Source: Macrostomum lignano
Lineage: Eukaryota
Assembly (NCBI GenBank): GCA_002269645.1
Contig: NIVC01000010.1
Coordinates: 1,488,001 to 1,552,000 of the forward strand
Direction: 5' to 3'
DNA: 64,000 nt
The notes below the pieces were generated by a model, which saw only the letters and a list, made by a program, of their open reading frames with translations, was not told the origin of the DNA and made no database searches. How positions within the stretch are numbered: position 1 is the first letter of the stretch; every line of letters starts with the position of its first letter. The translations under genes were made by a program, and so were the position numbers. Shown here piece after piece: positions 32,496 through 44,631 of the stretch.

Positions 32496-35400
32496 ATGCA
32501 CAATGGTCCAGTGCCAGATCAAGCTTCTACGCGTATTGCAACTGTCACAAGCCTTACCTGTCCACTATTTTTTTGGCTGTTTTGTTCTTCTAATAGAGCA
32601 GGAACTGAGTTTTTTTCGTCGTCTGTATCAGTTTACTGTAGCAACAACTCCACTTCGCTCCTGAAGATGATCAGCAAGGATGTACAGCTGCCCACAGTGT
32701 GCCAGGATCTCGACTGCAAGGCTGCCTACCTCAAGCACCTGCCGCTGGCCAGCACTTCGCATCGGGTAGATGGCCATCCCATTCCTCCTATTCGACACCT
32801 GCTATGGATAAATGAATCTGTGTCCGCCTATTTCGCTGAGCAACTGAAAACCTGGCGTCGGGTTCACCCGGACTGGACTGTGGTGCTTTGGCGTGACCAG
32901 GATCTGCAGCCGTTTGTGAAGAAGCATTTTCCCGAAGCTCTACCGCGTTTCATGGAATTGGCATCGCATCCAATCATGCAGGTGGACATGGTCAGGTACA
33001 TGCTGCTGTTCAAGGTGAGGATAAGGAGGTAATTAAGACAAAAATTTAAAATATGTAGTGTCTTTAAGTCGTAAGTTATTGAAATAGTATTTATTATGAT
33101 TATAAATTTACTTTTAGAGGCACATTAGAACTTTTTGCCTCTAAAATAGCCTACTTAGTTGCAGTTTTATCCCACAGAAAAGCGGCATTGAGAGAGCGGT
33201 CCCTCAGGCAAACTTTGATGTTTGCTCACTCATACGAGAATAATTGCTGCTTTTGTTCTTCTCTTCTTGCTCCACTCGCTGAGGCAGCTATTCTTTCCCC
33301 ATATCACATCTGTCTCTCCTTAGCCCTCCTCTATAGTCTTGCCTACGTAGTCAATGGAAATGTACTTTATTGGTCGTGTTAAAAAGGAAGCAAAATTGGT
33401 CAGAAATAGAAGTTTTGAATCCTTTGGCAGTCACAGAAGTTAGCACAAAACAACTGGTCATAATATGTAGTTTTAGCCCGTCCCGTTGCTTGTTCTTCTG
33501 CCCTTCTAGTAGGAAGGGGTTGTAGCCAAGTGGTTAGAGCGTCGAACTCACGACTTAAAGGTCAGGGGTTCGATTCTCGACCCAATCGGAACAATTTGTG
33601 TCCTTGAGCAAGACACTTAACTCTGCATTGTTTTAGTTCACCCAGCCGTAAAATGGGTGCCAGCATTAGCTGGGGTAATTGAGGCTGTGTGTGGCGACCC
33701 CCAGTCCTTGGACTGAACAGCCGTAGGCAGCCTTCAGATGCGTCGCGCAATAGCTGCGGCAGAGTTGTCGGTTGCTCATTTTCCCCCTGGGCCAGGTGTA
33801 ATCCAAGGACGACTTAAGTAGAAGGACGGGAAACCTCGTTTCTTAGAAAATTTTTGAAGGCACTTTTTCCCGAAAAAATACACTGCGGAGATAGGAAATT
33901 TTCATTTTTTCAGCACAAAAATTGCTATAACTTTTGATAGGAGGCAGATCCAGTGTTGATCTTTTGATATGTTGTGCCTTTTTTATTGCTCTATCGATAT
34001 TTATAAAGCTTTCCGTTCAGAAAATTAGGATTCTATGTTAATTTTTTATTCTACGTATATTTTCATGTGTCTTGTGCTTGAAATACATTAGAATGCCACG
34101 GCTTGGCTCTTTGATTTTATGAGTCTATTTTATCCTTCTTACCTGACTGTATAGCAAATAGTCGTAACATAGATGATAAAATAGATTCATAAAACCAAAT
34201 ATTAGAGCTGTGTCATGCATTTTTGTGATTTTCAGATACAGGAAATATACGTAAAATAAAAAATTAACATAGAATCCTAATTTTCTGAACGGAAAGCTTT
34301 ATAAATATCGATAGAGCAATAGAAAAGGCACAACATATCAAAAGATCAACACTGGATCTGCCTCCTATCAAAAGTTATAGCAATTTTTGTGCTGAAAAAA
34401 TGAAAATTTCCTATCTCCGCAGTGTATTTTTTCGGGAAAAAGTGCCTTCAAAAATTTTCTAAGAAACGAGGTTTCCCGTCCTTCTACTTAAGTCGTCCTT
34501 GGTGTAATCAATTATTATTCTACACCTAGCTGCTACATATGGGTACGGTACACTAATGGCTTAGTCCAATAATAGCTTAGTGACAGATTTAGCACGAACG
34601 AAGATACATTTGGCTACGCTGCATCGATAGTGATTTGTTTCTGAGTGGGCTATTTGGCTTACTGCTTCTATGAAATAATCAGTCAGTCAATTACTGATGA
34701 TGGTCTCTACAATATGGTCCAGTCCCAATCCTATAGAGTCCCCAGTCCAAGAGTTTTCCATACTGTACACTGAATATTTACACCGAAAGCAAATTCAATT
34801 CTAAAAACAGATGCAGCTTGACTGCTACTCACAGCCACAGACACTAGAACAGCTAGATGGGCCACTCAGCACATTTGCGTGTAATCTACTTTCAGTTCAG
34901 TAGTAGGTTAGGCAGAAGCATTTTAATGTATTTTAAAGCCAAGGCTCATTTATTAGCTCTTGCCCCCTCAGCTTAGACCCTCCAATCGCGCCTTTCCACA
35001 CTACCCCCCACCCGCCCCGCCCCAATTTTTATTGCCTTTCTCGGAATTCCCGCCTAAAGCTACCATGTACATTTCAGTGGACTGGCCAATGTACATTATG
35101 GCTGAACCAATTAGCAAATTGTTTACGCCTGCCAGATTGGGTTTCTAAACTTATCAAAGTCATTTCAGCTGCCTTTATTTTTATGATATAGCTTATGTAT
35201 TCTTCTCTACTACTGAACTGAAAGTAGGAAGCTGTTTTACTTAGTATGTATGCCTGAGTGGCTTAATCTAGTTATTTTAGTATTATATCTGTGCCCACAC
35301 CATAGATCTTATATTCCCTAAATCGGTGTCGGTCTTTTCCCATTGAATGCATTCAGAGTGGCCTATCTAGGGAATATAAGATCTATGGCCCACACTTGCT

Positions 35401-37167
35401 GCAGTACGGAGGCGTGTACGCAGACCTGGACTACAGTCTGACTGCCAGACTGGACGACCACCGTCGCTTCTACGCTGTGGTGACCCGCGAGCCTGAGGTT
35501 CACTCGCTGCAATTCTACGGCATCGACGGTCGGTGGCCCCTGAAAATCATGCCTAGCCCGGCCTTCCTGATGGCCGCGCCGGGTCACAGCTTCTATCGCC
35601 ACTGCGTTAACGAGCTGCGGACGAAGGCGTTTACCGCTGGCGAGCCGTTAACTTTTGCTGGACCACTGGGCCTCACTGGGATACTAAGACGCTACGCGGA
35701 TGCCTTTACCGTGGCCAACAGTCCACTGGAGACTGTCTACATCCCACCATCGTGCAGCTTCTATCCCTACGAGAACAACCGAATGAACACAACTGGCAGC
35801 ATCTATTTGGGTCAGCGACAGGAATCGTTGACTTATTACTGCAAAAGATCGAATCCTAGCTGGGCTGAGCAACTGCGACAGTGAGCAGGGGTTGCTGTAC
35901 ATTCTGCTGCCTGCCTTAGGGGCTTGACAAACTTTTTTTCCTCCAGGGCCAGATGTCAACTAAGCGCATGACTGCGGACCAGAGGAGGGGGGAGAGGAGA
36001 GGGAATAGAGAAGAGAATTTAAGGAAAGGAGAGGCGAGTGAATAAAGAAAAAGAGAGGAGACGAGATGAGAGGAGAGATCAAATAGGAGATGAGAGAGAA
36101 GAGAGGAGAGAAGGGAAAGGAGAAGGGAGTGGAAAAGGGAGATGAGAGGAGAGGAGAAGAGTGAGGTGAGAGAAGATAGCTAAGAAGAGGCACACACTTT
36201 GATTGGGCCGGATTGCTATTGCGAAGTTTCAAAGGACCTGAGGGCTGGATAGAGAGGCTTTGCGGGCCCCCGGACCGGAGCTTGCCGGAAAAGCAGCACC
36301 GGTACTCTCTGTAAGTTAGGGAGCAAATAAGTTTTCATGAAATCGTCCAATTTCTTGAATTTCTAATCCTAAGTCGAACTAGTAGTTTCTTGCCTACAGT
36401 ATAGTAACGAACTGAATTTTCAAGGTTCTGAAGAGACTGGATAGACCTCTTATTACAAGCCTTAGGAACTTTTCGACAGGCTAAAGCATTTGATTAGATT
36501 TTTAATTAGAAATTTACTCACCCTAAGCTTTTCATCCGTATCGAATTGGATAGAAATCCAGCCTTCCAATAAGTTAAAAGGACTCTGAATTGTACTGGAG
36601 TATAATAAGTCTCTCGGTTTGACTCTAGGTTCATGCTTGGAAATCGGCCAGCTTCTCGCGCCACGACCCCCTTGGTTTAGTTCTGTCGGCGGCCAACATT
36701 AATTTGGGGCTTGTGCCGTGCGATTTCCCCAAAGCACAGATGTGCATGCTTGACGATTAGAAAGTCAACGCCGCTGTACACCCTGTGTGAGCGTGTGTGA
36801 ATGCGTGCCTTTGCATGTCTTGGCGATTGCATGTGCTCAGGAGTCAACAGAATCGGCTCAAGCTCTCGCTGGCTCTGGGTCGACTGTCGCTCTTAACTAT
36901 TTGTAGCGCAGCACACAGGCCTCCTCCGTGTGACCAACTATCTTAGTCTCCATCATTCCACTTCAAACCAACACGCCCAGGTACTGCGCCGACATAAACA
37001 ACCTGGACCCGATCATCGACAAGACCCAGCCTGTAGTCGCTAAGCATGACATGAAAAAGTCTGGCGCAATCTACGACGGTCAAGGATCGATGCTCTACTC
37101 TCAGAACCTGACGCTTGTCAGCAGCCTGTTCGGCTCCAAGCTGCAGATGGGAAGCCGTTGGATTTGA
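32496..37167 (+). CDS. GT32 glycosyltransferase, paralog 2
   Basis: Exons 32496-33014, 35405-35880, 36981-37167; same intron positions and motifs as paralog 1; weaker N-terminal hydrophobic segment. Confidence 0.85.
33516..33803 (+). mobile_element. tRNA-derived SINE family 1
   Basis: A box tagccaagtgg, B box ggttcgattc, central gtgtccttgagcaagacacttaactc...gtaaaatgggtgcc (CORE/V/Meta-type conserved SINE core; exact class not determined). The tail resumes after the MITE at 34502. Confidence 0.85.
33804..34501. mobile_element. Palindromic MITE with 8-bp TSD GTGTAATC, termini CAAGG...CCTTG (P- or hAT-like)
   Basis: Near-perfect long TIRs; TSD at 33796-33803 and 34502-34509. A partial end copy lies at ~39125-39152. 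Confidence 0.92.
34886..35227. mobile_element. Small MITE with perfect 21-bp TIR
   Basis: ctactttcagttcagtagtag (34886) / ctactactgaactgaaagtag (35207); possible TA duplication. Confidence 0.65.
35985..36190. repeat. Purine-rich (GA) low-complexity tract
   Basis: Directly visible. Confidence 0.9.
36620..36910 (+). mobile_element. SINE-like family 2 copy
   Basis: Shares gacgat...aaagt...gccgctgtacac.cctgtgtgag.gtg with the reverse complement of 46060-46375, which carries a tRNA-like head. Confidence 0.4.
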
Positions 37168-37309
37168 CTTGCTGCAGATTGCAGAAGTGTCAGACTATTG
37201 GAAATGGTTTAGAGCCGTAACCAAATCCATATACTAATTTGGCGCTGTTTGTCTGTCTGTAATTCATTTTTTCGAGAACCGTCTGAACGATTTTTTTAAT
37301 TAACTTTTA

Positions 37310-37510
37310 ATTTGAATTTGAATGCCCCCATGAAGGGCTTTTTGCGCTAGTCTATATACTAATTTTTAGATTGCGAACCATTCTGACTTGAATTGGAAAA
37401 TGATGCCCCCATGAGGGGCTTAGTGCGCTAGTCTATATACTACTTTTTAGATTGCAAACCATTCTGACTTGAATTGGAAAATGATGCCCCCATGAGGGGC
37501 TTAGTGTGCT
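37310..37510. repeat. 81-bp tandem repeat, ~2.3 copies
   Basis: atgcccccatga at 37322, 37403 and 37484. Confidence 0.85.
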
Positions 37511-38169
37511 TGTGTATCTAAAGAGTCTTTTGTGACTCTGTATGGAACTTCAATCTTTTCTCTCTTTGGGCATCAATTATTTGTTGCTCCATCTCTCATT
37601 AAATTTTTTTCGTTTTTACGAACTAATTTTATCTGAAACAAACAAGCAAACTTAACTTTAATTTATTTAAATATTTGATGCACTATAACTGGATATTCAA
37701 TATTGCATGTTGACTAACGTAAATGCAAGGCTGTAACTAAAATGACCGAATCTATAGTTACTTTTATAGCCGCTTACATGGCACATAATATCTACTTATT
37801 CTACGTGGCACTGCATTGAAGAAAGCAATATAAAGCCCTAAGCCGCTCTATCTGTATTGATTGTCAGCTTTAGCAACAGCTGCAAAAATGCCATTGCAAG
37901 CAGTAAACAGTTCTTATATAAGCCGCTTGGTTAAATTTAGCTTTGGATAGCATAGCCAAATGACTGTACACTACTGCATTGCACTTGCAATGGCTAATAT
38001 TGTAATTAATTTTTCTGGTCCATGAGTCAGTGCAGGGTCTCCGTTGCAATCATTCAATCCATAAGCCCTGAGTACAATAGCGTCGTGTATATAAACTTCA
38101 TTGGGAGCGGCTCTGCATTGGCAACCAGCTAGTTTGCTTCGCTGCCGTCGCGCGTTGCAAAACTACAGT

Positions 38170-41100
38170 ATGACTCGAGCTCAGCGCCAGCTACTGAAGT
38201 TTCTGTTGCTGCTGGCAACGATCACCAGCCTTATATTGGCTTATAGTCAGCTGATTCAACAGCATTGTCAGTCGCATGATGTACAATCGTCGGTAGAGTC
38301 CAACAGCATGATCAGCAAAAATGTTCAGCTGCCAACGGTGTGTCAGAATCTCTCCTGCAGGTCTGCTTACCTGAGGCATCTGTCATTCTCTGGTAGTACA
38401 GATCGCGACAGATATCCCATTCCACCGGTTCGACACCTGATATGGAAAAGCGAATATGTTTCGTCTTATTTCGCTGAGCAACTGAAAACCTGGCATCGAG
38501 TGCACCCAGACTGGACTGTGGTGCTTTGGCGTGACCAGGATCTGCAGCCGTTTGTGAGGAAGCATTTTCCTGGTGCTTTGCGGCGTTTCATGGAATTGGC
38601 GCCGTATACAATCATGCAGGTGGACATGATCAGGTACATGCTGCTATTTAAGGTAAGTCGAACTGTAAAATTTCAAGTTTTGCGGAATGCTGAATCAATT
38701 ATCATTCTTAATCGAATAATTACAACTCAAAACAAATGAAAGAGGGCTTATTTTGAATCCCTGCCGTTTTTCTTAGTAACCGCATTTTTGGTAGGCATTT
38801 GTTTGAATACGCTCTTCCTCCCCCCTCCCCCCTTTTTTGGTTAGTATCACAGATACTATATAACTAGAGATTTGACGTTTTTTCTTGTTTTTTGACAATA
38901 AAATCAGCATTTTAGATGATTTTTTTAGTATATAGGACTGTACTGCTGACAAGTATTTTGAAGTGTTTCAAGTCCGAATTGTTCAACTTATTGATGTCTT
39001 GAATGAAAGGGCATATGTTGCTGCCTATTCTGCGCAAAAATAAGCATCTTACGATCAATAGCGTATACACAGGAGATACATTGAAAAATCGGCCATCAAT
39101 GAAATTTTCACCAATTCTGAGTCTTGCGTCCTTCTACTTAAGTAGTCCTTGAGTCAAGAATGTACACTGTAGAAGATTGTGCATATGGTTGAAAACTTTA
39201 TTTCCGATCGATTTCATTTTAGTCACTGATAAGAATGTTTCTAATAATTTGCATTTACACTACCGTCCTAAGAGTAGTATCATTTTTGGTCCAATTGGAG
39301 AGGAAGAAATACCCTGATAGAAACGTTCGAACTGAACAAATGAAAAGTCTTATTTGACACGAGCCAATCCGTAAGAGGAAATTGAAATTCACCGGGCAAC
39401 CTCGATCCATTAGAGGGCGCTGCTTTAGGACTTAGTCACCCCCCCTTCTTTTCCTAGCTAGACAGTGTCTTGCCGCTGCGCGCTACCAGTGCAATCCGTG
39501 CTTACGTGAAAGCCCATAATTTCAATTCTGTAACACCGTAATTTAGTAGTTTGTGAGGAATCTCATAGCTAATTTTGTGGAATTTATAAAATAATGAAAG
39601 TCCCCTAGAACAACTTGGTGTTAGCAGTGAGATCCAAAGAATAATTTAAATACCCCTAGTACAACTTGGTGACGCAGTGGGATAAAATACAATAGTACGC
39701 TCGTAGTAAAGAGGCCTGCAACAATTTGGTAGCATTTGTAGGATTTTCAACTTAGTTTAATTATCCCTACAACACAAAACTAGGACGCAAAACTTGCAGC
39801 GAAGCACTATACTCTGGATCGAGTATGACGTCCTTGTACGTCAGTTGTCCATGACACAGATTTATTTCACATAGTAGTGTTAAGTTTATTTCTTCATAGT
39901 CAAGAGGCCCGTCATTTTAGCTAGTATGTTTAGTGGAAGGTATAAGAGAAACAATCTCCAAAAGTGGCCCTTTATCGTTTATAACGTTAGAATAAGGCTT
40001 CCTATACAAGTTATACTCAATAGCTATTTGATCTGAAAGTGGTATAGCAGGGACTACTCAAATCCTTGATTCTCTCTGAGCAAAAAAATGCACGCTGTGA
40101 ATTTCTGCTTAGCCTAGGTTGGTAAAGTACATTGCCTTAAGGCGGGGAAAGTCACGGAAAATTTCTCTGGCAGGTAACAGCTAGATTAAATAAGATTAAA
40201 AAAAACACTGCGTTTGGATAGGCAGTCGTTCATGGTCAAAAATACAACACGGGAAAAGTCTGAAATTTCAGCCGATAGCCGAAATTCGATAGCGATTTGC
40301 CTCAATAAGCAACTGCATGTCTGCCCAAAAGAAACTAAACTGAAGGCCAGAAGCGTGGTTAAATGACTCACACAGTAACTTATTGGTTAGAGTTATTGAA
40401 TGCAGGGTAAGTTTTGCTGCACTGCTACTCAAAAACCCAACGTCAAAACCCAACGTTAGTAGATGCGGGCTCATCTGCGCTGAAACCCCCCCCCTCTCAC
40501 CAGGGGGTGTCAGGGGGTAGGGAGGAGGCCAGCCAGCCAGACTTAACGAGAAATGTTTTGCCAAATTTACCGTGTTTGGCTAATTTACCGTATTATAAAC
40601 TGGCTCTCCTACTTGCAGTACGGAGGCGTGTACGCAGACCTGGACTACAGTCTGATTGCCAGTCTGGACGACCACCGTCGCTTCTACGCCGTGGTGACCC
40701 GTGAGCCCGAAGCCCACTCGCTGCAGTTTTTCAAATTCCAGTGGCCTGCAAGAACGATGGCCAATCCGGCCTTCCTGATGGCCGCTCCCGGGCACAGCTT
40801 CTATCGGCACTGCATCAACGAGCTTCGGACGGTGCCCTTCGCCAGGGGCAGCCCGCTCAGCTTTGCGGGGCCATTCGGACTGACTGCAATACTGGAGCGG
40901 TACAATGCCGCATTTCCTGTGGCCAACAGTCCACTGGAGACTGTGTACATCCCGCCATCGTACAGCTTCTATCCCTATGAGGGCAACCGAATGGATGCAT
41001 CGGGAAGTATCTACCTGCCTCAGCGTAGGGCCGCTCTAAGCAGGCGTTGCGACAAGATTGACGAAACCTCAGCTATGCAGCTGCAATTGTGAGCAGGAAG

Positions 41101-41656
41101 GAGTTTGCTTGCCCTGTCCAGTTTACCATAACTTTACACTCAGCAACATTGAAGAGTGAATCATGACCCCTGGTTTCTGACCATGTCTGACCAGTTAGCC
41201 TGTGTATGAGTGCGTACCTGCGCACAGAATAGCAGAATTGCCTTGGCACTGGTTGTCGGACGTAACTACAATAGGTATACGTGTACGTCTATTCTTTGTA
41301 GTTCGAGAGCAGTTTCTCACACTCAGTCTACTCAGAATCTTCCTAGCAATCGCTCATTTTTTATTACACAACCCATGGTTTACCTGCGAAAAAATCTTCT
41401 GAAAATAAGCCGAAACTTACATGTATTTTGATCGTGTGACAGCTCACTATATTTACTCAAACACGCCAGGTACTGCGCCGATATAAACAATATGGACCCA
41501 ATCACCGACAAGACCCAGCCTATAATTGCCATTCACGACATGAAGAAGATTGGCGCAATCTACGACGGCAGAGGAGCAAAGCTCTACTTTCAGAATCTGA
41601 CGCATGTCAGCAACGTTTTTGGCTCTAAGCTGCAGATGGGAACTGACTGGATTTGA
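38170..41656 (+). CDS. GT32 glycosyltransferase, paralog 3
   Basis: Exons 38170-38652, 40619-41088, 41470-41656; signal anchor LLKFLLLLATITSLILAY; YGGVYADLD. Confidence 0.88.
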
Positions 41657-41884
41657 CAGAGTTGAACACATGTGCCATATTCAATGTATGTCATGCATCT
41701 CTAACTTTGACTGATTTTTATTTACCTAATGCTGGCGTATCTGCAGGTAGTTAGTAGCAGAGAACGGTAAGCACGTTCGGCTCTGACTTCAAAACTCGCC
41801 AAAAGTATTGCAAGGGGCTCGCTCACAAAAAAATGGTGTCAAGAGATTTTCGTGTTGCTGCATGAGGGCCAAACCCCAGGACTC

Positions 41885-42880
41885 TCCTTTCTCTTCTCCT
41901 TTTCTCTCCTCTCCTCTCCTCTCCTCTCCTCTCCTCTCCTCTCCTCTCCTCTCCTCTCCTCTCCTCTCCTCACCTCTCCTCTCCTCTCCTCTCCTCTCCT
42001 CTCCTCTCCTCTCCTCTCCTCTCCTCTCCTCTCCTCTCCTCTCCTCTCCTCTCCTCTCCTCTCCTCTCCTCTCCTCTCCTCTCCTCTCCTCTCCTCTCCT
42101 CTCCTCTCCTCTCCTCTCCTCTCCTCTCCTCTCCTCTCCTCTCCTCTCCTCTCCTCTCCTCTCCTCTCCTCTCCTCTCCTCTCCTCTCCTCTCTCTCCTC
42201 TCCTCTCCTCTCCTCTCCTCTCTCCTCTCCTCTCCTCTCCTCTCCTCTCCTCTCCTCTCCTCTCCTCTCCTCTCCTCTCCTCTCTCTCTCCTCTCCTCTC
42301 CTCTCCTCTCCTCTCCTCTCCTCTCCTCTCCTCTCCTCTCCTCTCCTCCTCTCCTCTCCTCTCCTCTCCTCTCCTCTCCTCTCCTCTCCTCTCCTCTCCT
42401 CTCCTCACCTCTCCTCTCCTCTCCTCTCCTCTCCTCTCCTCTCCTCTCCTCTCTTCTCCTCTCCTCTCTTCTCCTCTCCTCTCTCTCTCCTCTCTCTCTT
42501 CTCCTCTCCTCTCCTTTCCTCTCCTCTCCTCTCCTCTCCTCTCTTCTCCTCTCCTCTCCTCTCCTCTCTTCTCTTCTCCTCCCCTCTCCTTTCTTCTTCT
42601 CTCCTCTCCTCTCCTCTCCTTTCCTCTCCCCTCTTCTTTCCTTTCTACTCTCCTCTCTACTCTGCTTTCCTCTTCCTTCTATCCCCTACTCTTCTTTCTT
42701 CTCTTCTCCCATCTCTCTTCATCTCTCTCGTCATTCCTTCTCCTCTCCTTTCTCTTCTCTCCCTTCCCCTCTCCCTTCTCTTGTCTCTCTTTTTTCATCT
42801 CCTCTCTTCTCCTTTATTCCCTAATTCTTCACTTCTTTCCCCCGTCTCTCTTCTCTCTTCCCTCTCCTCCCCCCCCCCTC
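41885..42880. repeat. (CTCCT)n microsatellite decaying into a pyrimidine tract
   Basis: Directly visible. Confidence 0.98.
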
Positions 42881-44631
42881 ATCTGGCCTTCAGTCATGCG
42901 CTAGGTTCTGTATCTAACCCTTGAGGTAAAAAAGTTTTTGACCTTTTATACAAGATCACTGAGTGCGCGTCTCTGCACATATCTGTGTCGTTTTTTCCGA
43001 GCTTGAGGATAAACAGAATTGACATAGCTATTTGCAATACATAAAGCCAATCTGCATGCTACATTTTAACTCTCTGCTTGACATGATGTGCTTGACAATT
43101 GCATGCTTTTATTGGTAATAAAAAGATGACAAAAACAGTAAGAAAATTTTTAATACGAGTACACAATGAAAGTTATTTGTGTTTATATGAGACTGGTCTA
43201 TTGACTGAACTTGCTGTCGAGAGTACTAGAATGCGAGCAAAAGAAGCTGATAATTTACATGCGGTATTGGTAATTCATTTAAACGTGTATTACAGGCGCT
43301 ATGAATTTTTAGATCGAAATTTATGACAACTTATGTTAAAAAAATTACTATTATACACATAGTTAATACATGAACAAAAGAATGACGCAAATGTTAGCGG
43401 CCCTACTCAACCATGCCAGATCAGCCAAAATGATTGCGCAGCAGATGAAATAGGTGAAAGAGAACCGATCTTCTTCTTCTTGTCCTCCGCTAGCTCTTCA
43501 TGCTCGCCATTAGCAGGCTCCACGTCATCAGTTGTTCTGTCATTCTGAGCACGATCCGCTGCAATCATGGACTCGGAGAGGCTGGCCGCGGACATGGCTA
43601 AGATGATTAGAGCGCTGGACTTCAGCTCCCAGGACATCGCGCTGAGATTTGAGCTTGGCTATTGTTTAGGCTGACAATGCATCCAAATAAGCATGAAAAT
43701 ATTTTTTGCGTTTGAAGCCACATATATGCGTCATATGTAAGCAACTCGTCCACCCGAGATAGAACAAAACGAGTTCTAAAGGCTCTGTTTACGCCCCGAA
43801 ATTTCGTGCCTGCGTGTACGCTCAGTGCAGTACGTTCCACTGCGAATGGAATTTCCGAATGCAAGAATAAGTCTTCATTGTAGTTGATCACGTGCTACTA
43901 GCGTATTTACTGTATTCTCTACCAAACTTTTCTCTGTGCACTGCAGAGCTAAATATAGCCATCTGTGTGTTTACTTCACTGTTACTAACCTTCCCGTGTA
44001 TAGATATGTACATTAATTCGTCCTGTGATCACCTTCTGGTTTGAATGATCGGGGCAGAGTAGTATCTCCGCGGTTAAGACGCCTTGACTTAACCGTACCT
44101 AGGTTCGATTCCGTGAGTTGGCATATTAATATAAATCCAGTACACGAAATTGCTCAAGGGTCAGCGGTGTGGGCGCATGACTACTTGGACTACTAAAGAG
44201 GAGACTAAAGACTAGCTAAGTTCTTGAAGTCACCTATCAAACAATAAGTAGTATGTAGTGTAACAACCTTAACCTTACAACTTTATTACTATGCTAGCTA
44301 ACTGATATAAAACTGCTTGTGTCACTTGGATTAACTGCAACGAGACACAGGTTCTGTACACTGAACCCACACTGCACCCAATGGTGCAAACTCGAGGAAG
44401 AGAGAGAAGAGATTCGCAGGGCGTCTGCACTCTTGAAACAACCCACCTCATGAAAGGTGACTTTACAGCCAGTTCAAGAGCGCCAAGCAGAGAGGGTCAG
44501 ACAGAGATAAACAATTCCGACAAAATCTGATAAGGATTCACCGCAAAACCCCGATAATGGGTACGAGCATAAATTCCGTACCAGCTTTTACGGAAACTTG
44601 GAACAAGAATACGAAACTGTAAAGAGAAATC

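Noticed and set aside
33516-33590. tRNA gene
   Set aside because: A and B boxes are present, but the sequence continues into a SINE core and tail found in three copies; no complete cloverleaf. The same applies to 45370-45437, ~44060-44120 and ~46305-46372.
37860-38010. Helentron-like subterminal inverted repeat (gccattgcaag / cttgcaatggc)
   Set aside because: Only an 11-bp match, with no second copy or clear termini to support an element.
41808-42904. Long ORFs (SSPLL / EERRG repeats)
   Set aside because: Translations of the (CTCCT)n microsatellite.
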